Of a DNA stretch of 61,326 bases, positions 46,474 through 53,901 are shown piece by piece. Within the stretch, counting starts at the first letter, position 1. Every line of letters starts with the position of its first letter. The translations under genes and the position numbers were made by a program. The stretch spans positions 1 through 61,326 of the forward strand of contig CAZNZR010000002.1 in the NCBI GenBank assembly GCA_964577655.1, read 5' to 3'. This DNA comes from an uncultured Candidatus Saccharibacteria bacterium (GTDB lineage: Bacteria > Patescibacteriota > Minisyncoccia > Phycocordibacterales > UBA5272). The notes beneath the pieces were generated by a model. That model was not told where the DNA came from. It saw only the letters and a program-made list of their open reading frames with translations, and ran no database searches.

Positions 46474-46537
46474 TAAATTATTATCTTTTCATTCTATCAT
46501 AATTTCCAGTATTAAAAAAAATAGTTATTAACAAAAG

Positions 46538-47500
46538 CTAAATACTCTTTTCTTTTTCTATAAATTCATCTATTTCTCCTTTCTCTAAAATTTTATCAAT
46601 ATCAGTAGTTTCTACTCCAGTCCTTAGGTCTTTTACAAGTTTATATGGATGCAAAACATAATTCCTAATCTGATTGCCCCACTCTATTTCTGTAGTTTTA
46701 GAAATTTTCATCCCCTCTTTTTCTTTTAACTTATTTTCTTCTTCTATTTTAAATAATTTTGCATAGAGCATATTTATAGCCTTTTCCTTATTTTGCTCTT
46801 GAGATCTTTCAGATGATACATGTACTGCAATATTTGTTGGCCTATGAATTACTCTCACCGCAGTCTCTCTTTTATTTACATTTTGTCCGCCTGGCCCACT
46901 AGATTTTGAAGTTTCTATTTCTATATCATCAGGATTAATATTATTTTTAAATTTATCAAATTCTAATTTTGGAAGTATTGGCAGTACTTCTACCATCGCA
47001 AAGCTCGTATGTCTCTTACCGTTACTATTAAATGGAGAAATTCTGACGAGCCTATGCACTCCTGATTCATTTTTTATTTTCCCATATACATTTTTACCTA
47101 TTATTTCTAGACTTATATTTCTATATCCACCATGATCATTTTTATTTTCATGTAAAATATTTATGTTAGTAATTTTGGTTTCTTGCCAAGCTGAAGCTTT
47201 ATGCGAAAGCTGGTCGAAGTATTTTAAGTACATATTGAGTAGCATTCTCGCCCAATCTTCACTATCGTCTCCACCTGCTCCTGCCAATATATTTATTATT
47301 GCTCCACCAGCGAGAAGAGCGCTTCCTCCTTCTAATTCCGTCTTGAGATCTTTTATCTTCTGAATTACTTCTTGCGCCTTCGCTTTATCATTCCAAAAAT
47401 TCACATCGTTCATCTGCGCTTCTAATTCTTGTATTTGTTTCTGTGTCTCGCTGGAGCCTTGCGCGGAAGCGGATTGAATATTTTGTTTATCGGGATTCAT
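46538..47500 (-). CDS. prfB: Peptide chain release factor 2 (single ORF, no frameshift)
   Basis: 'RISPFNSNGKRHTSF' (SPF) and 'GPGGQNVNKRETAVR' (GGQ). Start set at the ATG 'MNPDKQ'; the track start is TTG at 47521. Confidence 0.9.
   Translation of the reverse strand: MNPDKQNIQSASAQGSSETQKQIQELEAQMNDVNFWNDKAKAQEVIQKIKDLKTELEGGSALLAGGAIINILAGAGGDDSEDWARMLLNMYLKYFDQLSHKASAWQETKITNINILHENKNDHGGYRNISLEIIGKNVYGKIKNESGVHRLVRISPFNSNGKRHTSFAMVEVLPILPKLEFDKFKNNINPDDIEIETSKSSGPGGQNVNKRETAVRVIHRPTNIAVHVSSERSQEQNKEKAINMLYAKLFKIEEENKLKEKEGMKISKTTEIEWGNQIRNYVLHPYKLVKDLRTGVETTDIDKILEKGEIDEFIEKEKSI
47441..47473 (-). repeat. GC-rich mini-element copy inside prfB
   Basis: CTGTGTCTCGCTGGAGCCTTGCGCGGAAGCGGA, translated on the minus strand as 'SASAQGSSETQ'. 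Confidence 0.8.
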
Positions 47501-47542
47501 AATTATTAAAATTATACTCAAAAATCAATATGTTTTTAAGAC

Positions 47543-47572
47543 TTGACAACATAGATTTATATATGATAAAAT
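47543..47572 (+). promoter_or_regulatory. Sigma70-like promoter (TTGACA-18 nt-TAAAAT)
   Basis: Hexamers read directly from the sequence. Confidence 0.5.
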
Positions 47573-47618
47573 ATATTTAGAATTTTAAACAAATTGTTCA
47601 CATTTTAAAATAATCAAA

Positions 47619-47951
47619 ATGAATAAGGAAGACTTAAATCAAGAAGAAATAAATCAAATCTTGAAAAAATTAACTATCGGCACTGTTGTAAAATCAACAT
47701 ACGCTTCTACAAAAATTGTTATAGACAAAGATAGAACAATTCGTGTAGGACAAGGACCGTTGTCTGAAAGTCTTGAACGTATAGCTAGAAATATACTACA
47801 AGGAAAAATCTCTGGTAAGAATCATACTTGGATTTTAGAAGAAAAAGAGGCAAAAAAGATTAAGGACGCAGAAAAAGAAAAAATGCAAGATAGAATTTTT
47901 ATTCTAAAAAGCGAAATTGCACGCCTTGAAGACATAATTACTATTCTCTAA
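47619..47951 (+). CDS. Hypothetical protein (orphan)
   Basis: 110-aa ORF with its own promoter and terminator. Confidence 0.45.
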   Translation: MNKEDLNQEEINQILKKLTIGTVVKSTYASTKIVIDKDRTIRVGQGPLSESLERIARNILQGKISGKNHTWILEEKEAKKIKDAEKEKMQDRIFILKSEIARLEDIITIL

Positions 47952-47957
47952 AAAACA

Positions 47958-47992
47958 AAAGTCATCTCTACATAATAGAGGTGACTTTTTAT
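47958..47992. terminator. Bidirectional intrinsic terminator
   Basis: AGTCATCTCT-N7-AGAGGTGACT plus T-tract. Confidence 0.65.
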
Positions 47993-48669
47993 TTTAATAC
48001 TACCTCCCTCAATTTCTCATCTTCAAAACTTTCACAAATATAATTTGCAATAGATAAATCTTCATCGTTATTAAAAGCGTGCTCATTTGGTATTGCGACA
48101 ACTGGAATACCGGCTGCTTTTGCAGACTTTACTCCAGCAAAACTGTCCTCTATAGCCAGACAGTCGGATTTTTGTATCATAAACTCATTTGGGTTTTGAT
48201 TTAATTTTTCAAAAATTTTATTATAAATTTCTGGATCAGGTTTACTTTTTTCAATGTTTTCTACAGTCAAAATAATATCAAACTCATGCCATAAATTATA
48301 TTTATCAAAAAGTATCTTGACGGTATTTAATCTAGCGGTAGTCGCTACAAATTTTCTTATTTTATTTTCATTTAGAAAATCTAAAAATTCTCGCGCACCC
48401 TTAGTCATTTTTACTTTATTTTCATATTCACGAAAAACTATTTCATCTTGCTCTTTTAATAATTCTTCAGCTGAAATCTCTTCTCCGGTCTCATTTTTAA
48501 AATATTCTGAGAAAGTCTCCATTAATTCTATAGTCTTGCTACCTTTATTATGGGGAAGAATTTTGTATTCAAGACCCCTATTCTCAAACATTACTTTATG
48601 AGCATCTTTATATACACTAAGATTATCAAATAATGTCCCATCCAAATCAAAAATAATAGCTTTTTTCAT
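47989..48669 (-). CDS. HAD-superfamily hydrolase (beta-phosphoglucomutase-like)
   Basis: 'AIIFDLDGTLFDN', 'ATTAR' and 'AIEDSFAGVKSAKAAG'. Start set at the ATG 'MKKAIIF'. Confidence 0.8.
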   Translation of the reverse strand: MKKAIIFDLDGTLFDNLSVYKDAHKVMFENRGLEYKILPHNKGSKTIELMETFSEYFKNETGEEISAEELLKEQDEIVFREYENKVKMTKGAREFLDFLNENKIRKFVATTARLNTVKILFDKYNLWHEFDIILTVENIEKSKPDPEIYNKIFEKLNQNPNEFMIQKSDCLAIEDSFAGVKSAKAAGIPVVAIPNEHAFNNDEDLSIANYICESFEDEKLREVVLK

Positions 48670-48705
48670 ATATAAAATTATAACAAATAAAGATATTTTT
48701 AATAC

Positions 48706-48734
48706 TTGACTACTAAAATAGTTTAGTATATATT
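48706..48734 (+). promoter_or_regulatory. Sigma70-like promoter (TTGACT-17 nt-TATATT)
   Basis: Hexamers read directly from the sequence. Confidence 0.5.
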
Positions 48735-48771
48735 TTAAAAGCATTATTAAAATAAAACTTTAAATTTGGCT

Positions 48772-49083
48772 ATGGCAAATATTGACAAAAAAGAAGATAT
48801 TTTAAAGATGTTGGATCTTCTTGAACAAAAAACAAACAAGCAAGAATGGGCTAAAACTTTTATAAATATTTATAGAAGATTTATAGAAAAATATGGAGAT
48901 AAATGGGAAAAGCAGTGTGAAGTTGAATTAGAATTAGAAGAAATAGTATTGTTCCAATCTGATTATACAGAAATTAAATATTTACGTATTTTTAGAGATT
49001 TATTATCAACTTTACTTAATGTTAGTATTACTTTACCCAAACTAGATTTCATATATATAAAATTTGAAATAAATATTTCTTAA
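48772..49083 (+). CDS. Hypothetical protein (orphan)
   Basis: ORF with its own promoter and terminator. Start set at the ATG at 48772. Confidence 0.4.
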   Translation: MANIDKKEDILKMLDLLEQKTNKQEWAKTFINIYRRFIEKYGDKWEKQCEVELELEEIVLFQSDYTEIKYLRIFRDLLSTLLNVSITLPKLDFIYIKFEINIS

Positions 49084-49101
49084 AATTGTTTTGCCTAATT
49101 T

Positions 49102-49126
49102 ATCGCTCGAGAGAGCGATTTTTTTG
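49102..49126 (+). terminator. Intrinsic terminator
   Basis: ATCGCTC-GAGA-GAGCGAT plus T7. Confidence 0.75.
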
Positions 49127-49199
49127 AGCCACTTGCAGGGATCGAACCTGCGACCTTCTCGTTACGAGTGAGATGCTCTACCAACTGAGCTAAAGTGGC
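49127..49199 (-). tRNA. tRNA-Thr (anticodon CGU)
   Basis: Reverse complement GCCACTT..AAGTGGC acceptor, anticodon loop CTCGTAA and T-arm GCAGG-TTCGATC-CCTGC. There is one A-C mismatch at 31:39. Confidence 0.85.
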
Positions 49200-49223
49200 T
49201 TTGCTAACTATTTTAGCAGAAAT

Positions 49224-50576
49224 TTATCTAAAACTAAACTCTTCAAAATGAATGTCTGTAATATTTAATTTCTTTGCGTCGATTATGATCGCCTCTCGCA
49301 TAGCTATAGGCCCGCAAATATAAAGTGAAATATTTTTGTATTGTTCTTCTTTGGAATGGTTAGAGAAAGACAGTGTTTTTATTTTTTCTTCTATATTTGC
49401 AAATTTAAAGAATCCTAACTTATTAGTGTCATGAAGGATAAAATTAATATTACTTGGCAGATCTTTTTCTATTTCTTCTTTATATACTGCTTCTGATTCA
49501 TCTTTTACACTCCAGACAAAAATTATCTTTTTATTTGGATTATTATTTAATTTATAATCTTGTAAAATTGCTAAAAATGGAGTTATACCAATTCCTCCCG
49601 CAATCCAAATCTCGAGATTATTTTTACTTTTATCAGAAATAAATCTCCCATATGGTCCATCAACTTTGACTTCTATATCAGCATTCAGATTTTTAAATAA
49701 GTTGTCAGTCCAGTCTCCTAATACTTTTATAGACAGCCTTATTTCTCCTTTTTCATTTGGAGCATTTGATATTGTGAACGGGTGAATTTCTTTAAGAATG
49801 TCTTGATAAAATTTAAAAAAAGCAAATTGTCCAGCTTTCCAAATAAATTTATCTTTTTTGCTTTGTGGAGCTAAAAATAATTCTACACAAGATATATTTT
49901 CGAATTTTCTTATACTAAATATCCTATAAGTGTTTTTCTTTTTTAGAAATCTAAAATAGATAGATATATAAAATAATGACACTAAACCAATAGTATACAC
50001 AAGATACACATATATAGATAAAGTAGTATTTGAAAATGTTAAAGTCCTAACGCCTATAGAATGATATATACCGATTAGAAATAATAATCCCATAAAGTAA
50101 TGAGAATATTTCCAGATATGATAAGGAATATTGAATATCTTTTTGACAACTGGAATATGGGGTAAAGCAGAAATTATTATTAAAATGAAAAACGCCAACA
50201 TAAGTGGATTGGCAATATCTTTGGCTAATGAAAAGAAGCCGGAGATTTGTCCTCTAGAGCTATTTATAAGAGTGTTGTGAAGAATTATAAGCAAAAAAAT
50301 AAAGTAAGCACTATATTTGTGAGCGACATAGACTTTATCAAGTCCAGAAAATATCTTTTCTAAAAGCTTGATACGGGTAGCCAACAAGATATTAAAAGAT
50401 ATTAAAGTCATAAGAAGGGTAGCATAATATTCTCCTTGCTTTTCTATGATAAATCTAAAAAAATTATCATAATATCCAAATATGTCTTCTTTCGCCAAGA
50501 AATAAAATGCAAGATACCAGATGACAGTGTGGATTACTAAGATTATAAATAGCCCAAATTTAAAGCTTGTTTTCAT
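49224..50576 (-). CDS. NOX/ferric-reductase-type flavocytochrome (6-TM bis-heme domain plus FAD/NAD(P)H dehydrogenase domain)
   Basis: TM His pairs H-x13-H ('HKYSAYFIFLLIILH') and H-x12-H ('HYFMGLLFLIGIYH'). Also 'HPFTIS' (FAD), 'GGIGITPF' (NAD(P)H) and 'YICGP'. Confidence 0.8.
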   Translation of the reverse strand: MKTSFKFGLFIILVIHTVIWYLAFYFLAKEDIFGYYDNFFRFIIEKQGEYYATLLMTLISFNILLATRIKLLEKIFSGLDKVYVAHKYSAYFIFLLIILHNTLINSSRGQISGFFSLAKDIANPLMLAFFILIIISALPHIPVVKKIFNIPYHIWKYSHYFMGLLFLIGIYHSIGVRTLTFSNTTLSIYVYLVYTIGLVSLFYISIYFRFLKKKNTYRIFSIRKFENISCVELFLAPQSKKDKFIWKAGQFAFFKFYQDILKEIHPFTISNAPNEKGEIRLSIKVLGDWTDNLFKNLNADIEVKVDGPYGRFISDKSKNNLEIWIAGGIGITPFLAILQDYKLNNNPNKKIIFVWSVKDESEAVYKEEIEKDLPSNINFILHDTNKLGFFKFANIEEKIKTLSFSNHSKEEQYKNISLYICGPIAMREAIIIDAKKLNITDIHFEEFSFR

Positions 50577-50698
50577 AATATTGATATTTTATATATCTTA
50601 TCACATATATCAAGGTATAATATACTAGAGATATTGATCTAATTAAATAACTAGAACTTTATCTCTTTAAGTCTAGTTTTATTATTAATAATAAAAAT

Positions 50699-50776
50699 AT
50701 GTCTACAACAACAATTATTATCATCTTAGTCGTCTTAGTAGTTCTTTATTTCTTACTAAAGAAAAAGAAACAATAA
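50699..50776 (+). CDS. Unlisted 25-aa hydrophobic peptide
   Basis: Translates to MSTTTIIIILVVLVVLYFLLKKKKQ. The terminator AAGCCAC-GAAA-GTGGCTT plus T-tract follows. Confidence 0.3.
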   Translation: MSTTTIIIILVVLVVLYFLLKKKKQ

Positions 50777-50802
50777 TCTGAGATAAAAATCGATAATAAT
50801 AC

Positions 50803-50828
50803 AAAAAGCCACGAAAGTGGCTTTTTGT
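50803..50828 (+). terminator. Intrinsic terminator
   Basis: AAGCCAC-GAAA-GTGGCTT plus T5. Confidence 0.7.
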
Positions 50829-50840
50829 ATTTTATAAAAA

Positions 50841-50916
50841 TGGAGCCAATAATCGGGATCGAACCGATGACCTCATCCTTACCATGGATGTGCTCTACCA
50901 ACTGAGCTATATTGGC
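50841..50916 (-). tRNA. tRNA-Thr (anticodon GGU), CCA encoded
   Basis: Reverse complement GCCAATA..TATTGGC acceptor, CATCC-ATGGTAA-GGATG anticodon arm and T-loop TTCGATC. Confidence 0.9.
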
Positions 50917-51019
50917 TAATTTTAAAAAAATATCAAAAACTAAAATTTTATTTTTGAAATTAATTTTTCTGAGCTATATTATATTCAAAAAGTATATTTT
51001 GATTATATCAAAAAATGAT

Positions 51020-51238
51020 CTAATCTTCAATTGAGAGTATCTTGCTTGGAGAAGTGTGCCCTGAGACCAGCCTGACATTTTTCTTTTTCAATTCCTTTTT
51101 TAATATTTCTATCACTCTCTCATTTGCCCAACCATTCCTAGCTTCTTCTCTCACTGACACTAAAAATTCATCTTCTTTTTTAGATTTTTCAAAAGATTCA
51201 TTTTTCTGCTCTGTCTTTACTTTTACTTTTATATACAT
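51020..51238 (-). CDS. DUF167 (YggU-like) protein
   Basis: 'ARNGWANERVIEILKKEL...VRLVSGHTSPSKIL' matches the DUF167 signature. Confidence 0.7.
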   Translation of the reverse strand: MYIKVKVKTEQKNESFEKSKKEDEFLVSVREEARNGWANERVIEILKKELKKKNVRLVSGHTSPSKILSIED

Positions 51239-51245
51239 AAAAAGA

Positions 51246-51584
51246 CTATTTAATAAATAAGGCTGCTAATAAACCTAATACCCCTAAAATAAGACCTATA
51301 ATTGCGCCTTTGGACGGCAACTCTGAAAAAATCAAATAGGTTATTATTGGTTCAGCTATTATTATAGATGTTATAGAAATCACACCGATAATCCATATAT
51401 CATCAAAATATTTAATTCCTAACATATATCCTAGTATTAGAAAAATTCCGGCTATCATCATAATACATGACATTTTTAAAAATGTTGGTAAAAAATTATT
51501 AACATTTTTTGCTGCAATGACTTCAGAATAAATTGCTAAGGCTTCCCCAAAAATAATAAATAATATAGGTATAATCTTTCGCAT
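51246..51584 (-). CDS. Small 4-TM membrane protein
   Basis: 112-aa hydrophobic ORF between trmD and the DUF167 gene. Confidence 0.5.
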   Translation of the reverse strand: MRKIIPILFIIFGEALAIYSEVIAAKNVNNFLPTFLKMSCIMMIAGIFLILGYMLGIKYFDDIWIIGVISITSIIIAEPIITYLIFSELPSKGAIIGLILGVLGLLAALFIK

Positions 51585-51591
51585 ATTTTAA

Positions 51592-52359
51592 TTATATATT
51601 AAGTATTTTTTCTCTCTTCCAATTCTCTATATCTTTATGATTCCCAGACAACAAGACTTTTGGTGCAGAATATTTTTTTAATTTACCAGTCTTTTTATCA
51701 CCAATTTTCCTCTCATATATTTCCGGGCGTGCATACATTTCACTACTTGCAACCCTATTTTCTTCAATACTTTCATTGTCATGCAAAACTCCAGAAATTT
51801 GTCTTGATATGCTGTCTATCATAATATTTGCCGCTAGCTCTCCACCAGTCAAAATAAAATTCCCCACTGATATATTTTCTATTTTAAAATCAAATTTAAC
51901 TCCTTTTTCTTTTAGAGATTTTTTATTATTATTTAAAATATCTTTTAATACTAGATTGACTCTAGCATCTACTCCCTCATATCTACCGCAGATAAATATA
52001 ATATGCGTATATTGTTTTGCGTATTCTTTTGCGATATTATTAGTAAAAATTTTTGCTGATGGTACAAAATTTACTACTAATAAATTTATTTTTTTATTTC
52101 TTTCTTGTCGCGCCGAAGCCTTGGCGAAGGAGGATAATATCTTTTCAAAAGTATTTATTATAGGATCAATCCAGAGTACCATACCAGGTCCACCACCAAA
52201 TGGCTTTCCGTCTGTACGTCCGTGCTTGTCTTTTGTATAATCACGAAGCTGATATGACTTTACAGAGATTAATTTATTGTTTTGAGCACGACCTAGAATA
52301 GACTCTTTTGTATAAGAATCTATCATTTCTGGAAAAAGTGTGATCGCAAAATATTTCAT
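51592..52359 (-). CDS. trmD: tRNA (guanine37-N1)-methyltransferase TrmD
   Basis: 'ITLFPEM', 'GGGPGMVL', 'ICGRYEGVDARV', 'GNFILTGGELAA' and 'LLSGNHKDIENWKRE'. Confidence 0.95.
   Translation of the reverse strand: MKYFAITLFPEMIDSYTKESILGRAQNNKLISVKSYQLRDYTKDKHGRTDGKPFGGGPGMVLWIDPIINTFEKILSSFAKASARQERNKKINLLVVNFVPSAKIFTNNIAKEYAKQYTHIIFICGRYEGVDARVNLVLKDILNNNKKSLKEKGVKFDFKIENISVGNFILTGGELAANIMIDSISRQISGVLHDNESIEENRVASSEMYARPEIYERKIGDKKTGKLKKYSAPKVLLSGNHKDIENWKREKILNI
52104..52134 (-). repeat. GC-rich mini-element copy inside trmD (reference copy)
   Basis: CTTGTCGCGCCGAAGCCTTGGCGAAGGAGGA, translated on the minus strand as 'SSFAKASARQ'. Confidence 0.8.
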
Positions 52360-52381
52360 AAAACTATTATAACAAAAAATA

Positions 52382-52410
52382 AAACCGCTTATTTTGTTTG
52401 CGGTTTTACT
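52382..52410 (-). terminator. Intrinsic terminator or attenuator between the KH gene and trmD
   Basis: On the minus strand: AAACCGC-N11-GCGGTTT followed by TATTTTTT. Confidence 0.55.
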
Positions 52411-52417
52411 CTTTATA

Positions 52418-52747
52418 CTAAATCCCCTTTATACCATCCATCACTGCGTCTACATCATCAAGGTGTGATCTATATCCTTCTCCTGATTGAGCTCCAAGCA
52501 TTTCTGCTGGCTCATTAATCTTAAGATTAACTCTGGCATTATTTTTCATCCCTACGACTCTTAGAAGCGTACGGATAGCTTTTGCGGTTGCTCCTTGGCG
52601 ACCAATAATCTTACCCATATCATCTTTATTAACGTCGACAGTGATGAGAACTCCCATTTCATCTACTTTTCTATCAATCTTTACTTCATTTGGATTATCT
52701 ACTAAATTCTTTACTATGAACTCTACGAATTCTGAATCTTTAACCAT
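52418..52747 (-). CDS. KH-domain RNA-binding protein (YlqC/UPF0109)
   Basis: 'VKNLVDNPNEVKI' and 'DMGKIIGRQGATAKAIRTLL'. Confidence 0.85.
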   Translation of the reverse strand: MVKDSEFVEFIVKNLVDNPNEVKIDRKVDEMGVLITVDVNKDDMGKIIGRQGATAKAIRTLLRVVGMKNNARVNLKINEPAEMLGAQSGEGYRSHLDDVDAVMDGIKGI

Positions 52748-52859
52748 ATATTTATTCTTTTCTTATTTAATTTTAAAATAAACTTATAACAAAATTATTA
52801 TATCACAAAACAAAGATTTCATTTTCAGATTTATAAACACTTTTAAGAAAAATCAAAAA

Positions 52860-53165
52860 TTATTTCTTTTTTAATTCTTTCTTTGGCTTTGTAACACTCT
52901 TTTTTGGAAGCACATTTTTCTTCTTACCTTCTACTAGATTTTGAGCTACTAAGAAATTAAAAACAGTTGGAGTAACTTTAGCGCCCACACCCATCCAATA
53001 CTTTATCCTATCAGCTTTGAAAATATTTTTACCGCTTTTAGCATCATAAAATCCCAAATCCTCTATAAATTTATGAGTCTTTGGCTTATATGTGTGTGGG
53101 GTGACGATCAATTTGAAATGAGGGTCATTCTTCCTTCCTAATCTTTGTAATCTGATTTTTAGCAT
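52860..53165 (-). CDS. rpsP: 30S ribosomal protein S16
   Basis: 'MLKIRLQRLGRKNDPHFKLIV'. Confidence 0.95.
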   Translation of the reverse strand: MLKIRLQRLGRKNDPHFKLIVTPHTYKPKTHKFIEDLGFYDAKSGKNIFKADRIKYWMGVGAKVTPTVFNFLVAQNLVEGKKKNVLPKKSVTKPKKELKKK

Positions 53166-53263
53166 AATAAATTTGAATATTAATTTTTATTTCACTAATA
53201 TATCACATTTTTAGAAAAAAGAAAAGCGCCCTGTATCTAGAGCGCAATAATTCCTTTTTCCTT

Positions 53264-53470
53264 TTATACTCTAAAAAGAATCCATTTAGAGAAAAATTTG
53301 TTTTCCTCACCCATTTTTGCAATACCTATGTAAATGCAAAAATATATAACTTCACATAATATGAAAAACAAATTTTTAGAATTTGTCTTGGATTCATCTA
53401 AAATCCAAAACAAATAAACTAAAATGAAAAAAGGTGCTAACAAAACTATCAATTTTATTATTCTTTTCAT
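53264..53470 (-). CDS. Hypothetical small 2-TM protein
   Basis: 68-aa hydrophobic ORF with a minus-strand terminator (GCGC..GCGC plus T-tract) at about 53228-53255. Confidence 0.35.
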   Translation of the reverse strand: MKRIIKLIVLLAPFFILVYLFWILDESKTNSKNLFFILCEVIYFCIYIGIAKMGEENKFFSKWILFRV

Positions 53471-53556
53471 TTTGTTAATTATTTATGAGTTTTGAAATTA
53501 CAATACCGAAAATATAATATAAAAAATATATGAAAAAGTCAAGTCTAAATAAAAAG

Positions 53557-53897
53557 TAAAAAACCGCACCTTGTGAGATGCGGTCCAAAAAATAATTTTT
53601 GGTTGTCCGTTTTGAGTAGCAGTTCTGAGTTGTCTGTTTAAGGACTTCTCAAGAACGCTACCAAAAGGACTAAATGTTCTTCTTAAATTCTTCTTTCTAC
53701 TCTTTTTCAGGTTTACCTGAAGATTTGTAAGAAGTTTTTGATTCCAAATTTTTTCTCTTAGAAGCTTCTTTTTACGGAAGATACTTTTGAGATTTGAAAT
53801 TGAATTTAAAAGAACTTGCCCTGCAGGATTTTTTGGACTTTGGAAATCTTTTCAGATTTTCCTTATCCTATCCATGGGTGGATATCCATGCTGGGAC
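53557..53897 (-). ncRNA. Candidate structured RNA (~340 nt) downstream of rnr, identity unknown
   Basis: It has a minus-strand promoter at 53902-53930 and a terminator ACCGCATCTCACAAGGTGCGGT plus T6 at 53557-53584. It has no ORF. Internal hairpins include CATGG-N8-CCATG and GGAAAATC-N4-GATTTCC. Confidence 0.4.
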
Positions 53898-53901
53898 ACA
53901 T

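Noticed and set aside
53557-53897. Calling this RNA RNase P RNA or tmRNA
   Set aside because: An AAAGTCC motif after a hairpin and a GGGCA-like stretch are suggestive of RNase P. However, I cannot trace P4 pairing, the ACAGAA motif or other universally conserved positions. There is no tRNA-like 3' domain for tmRNA. I left the identity unknown.
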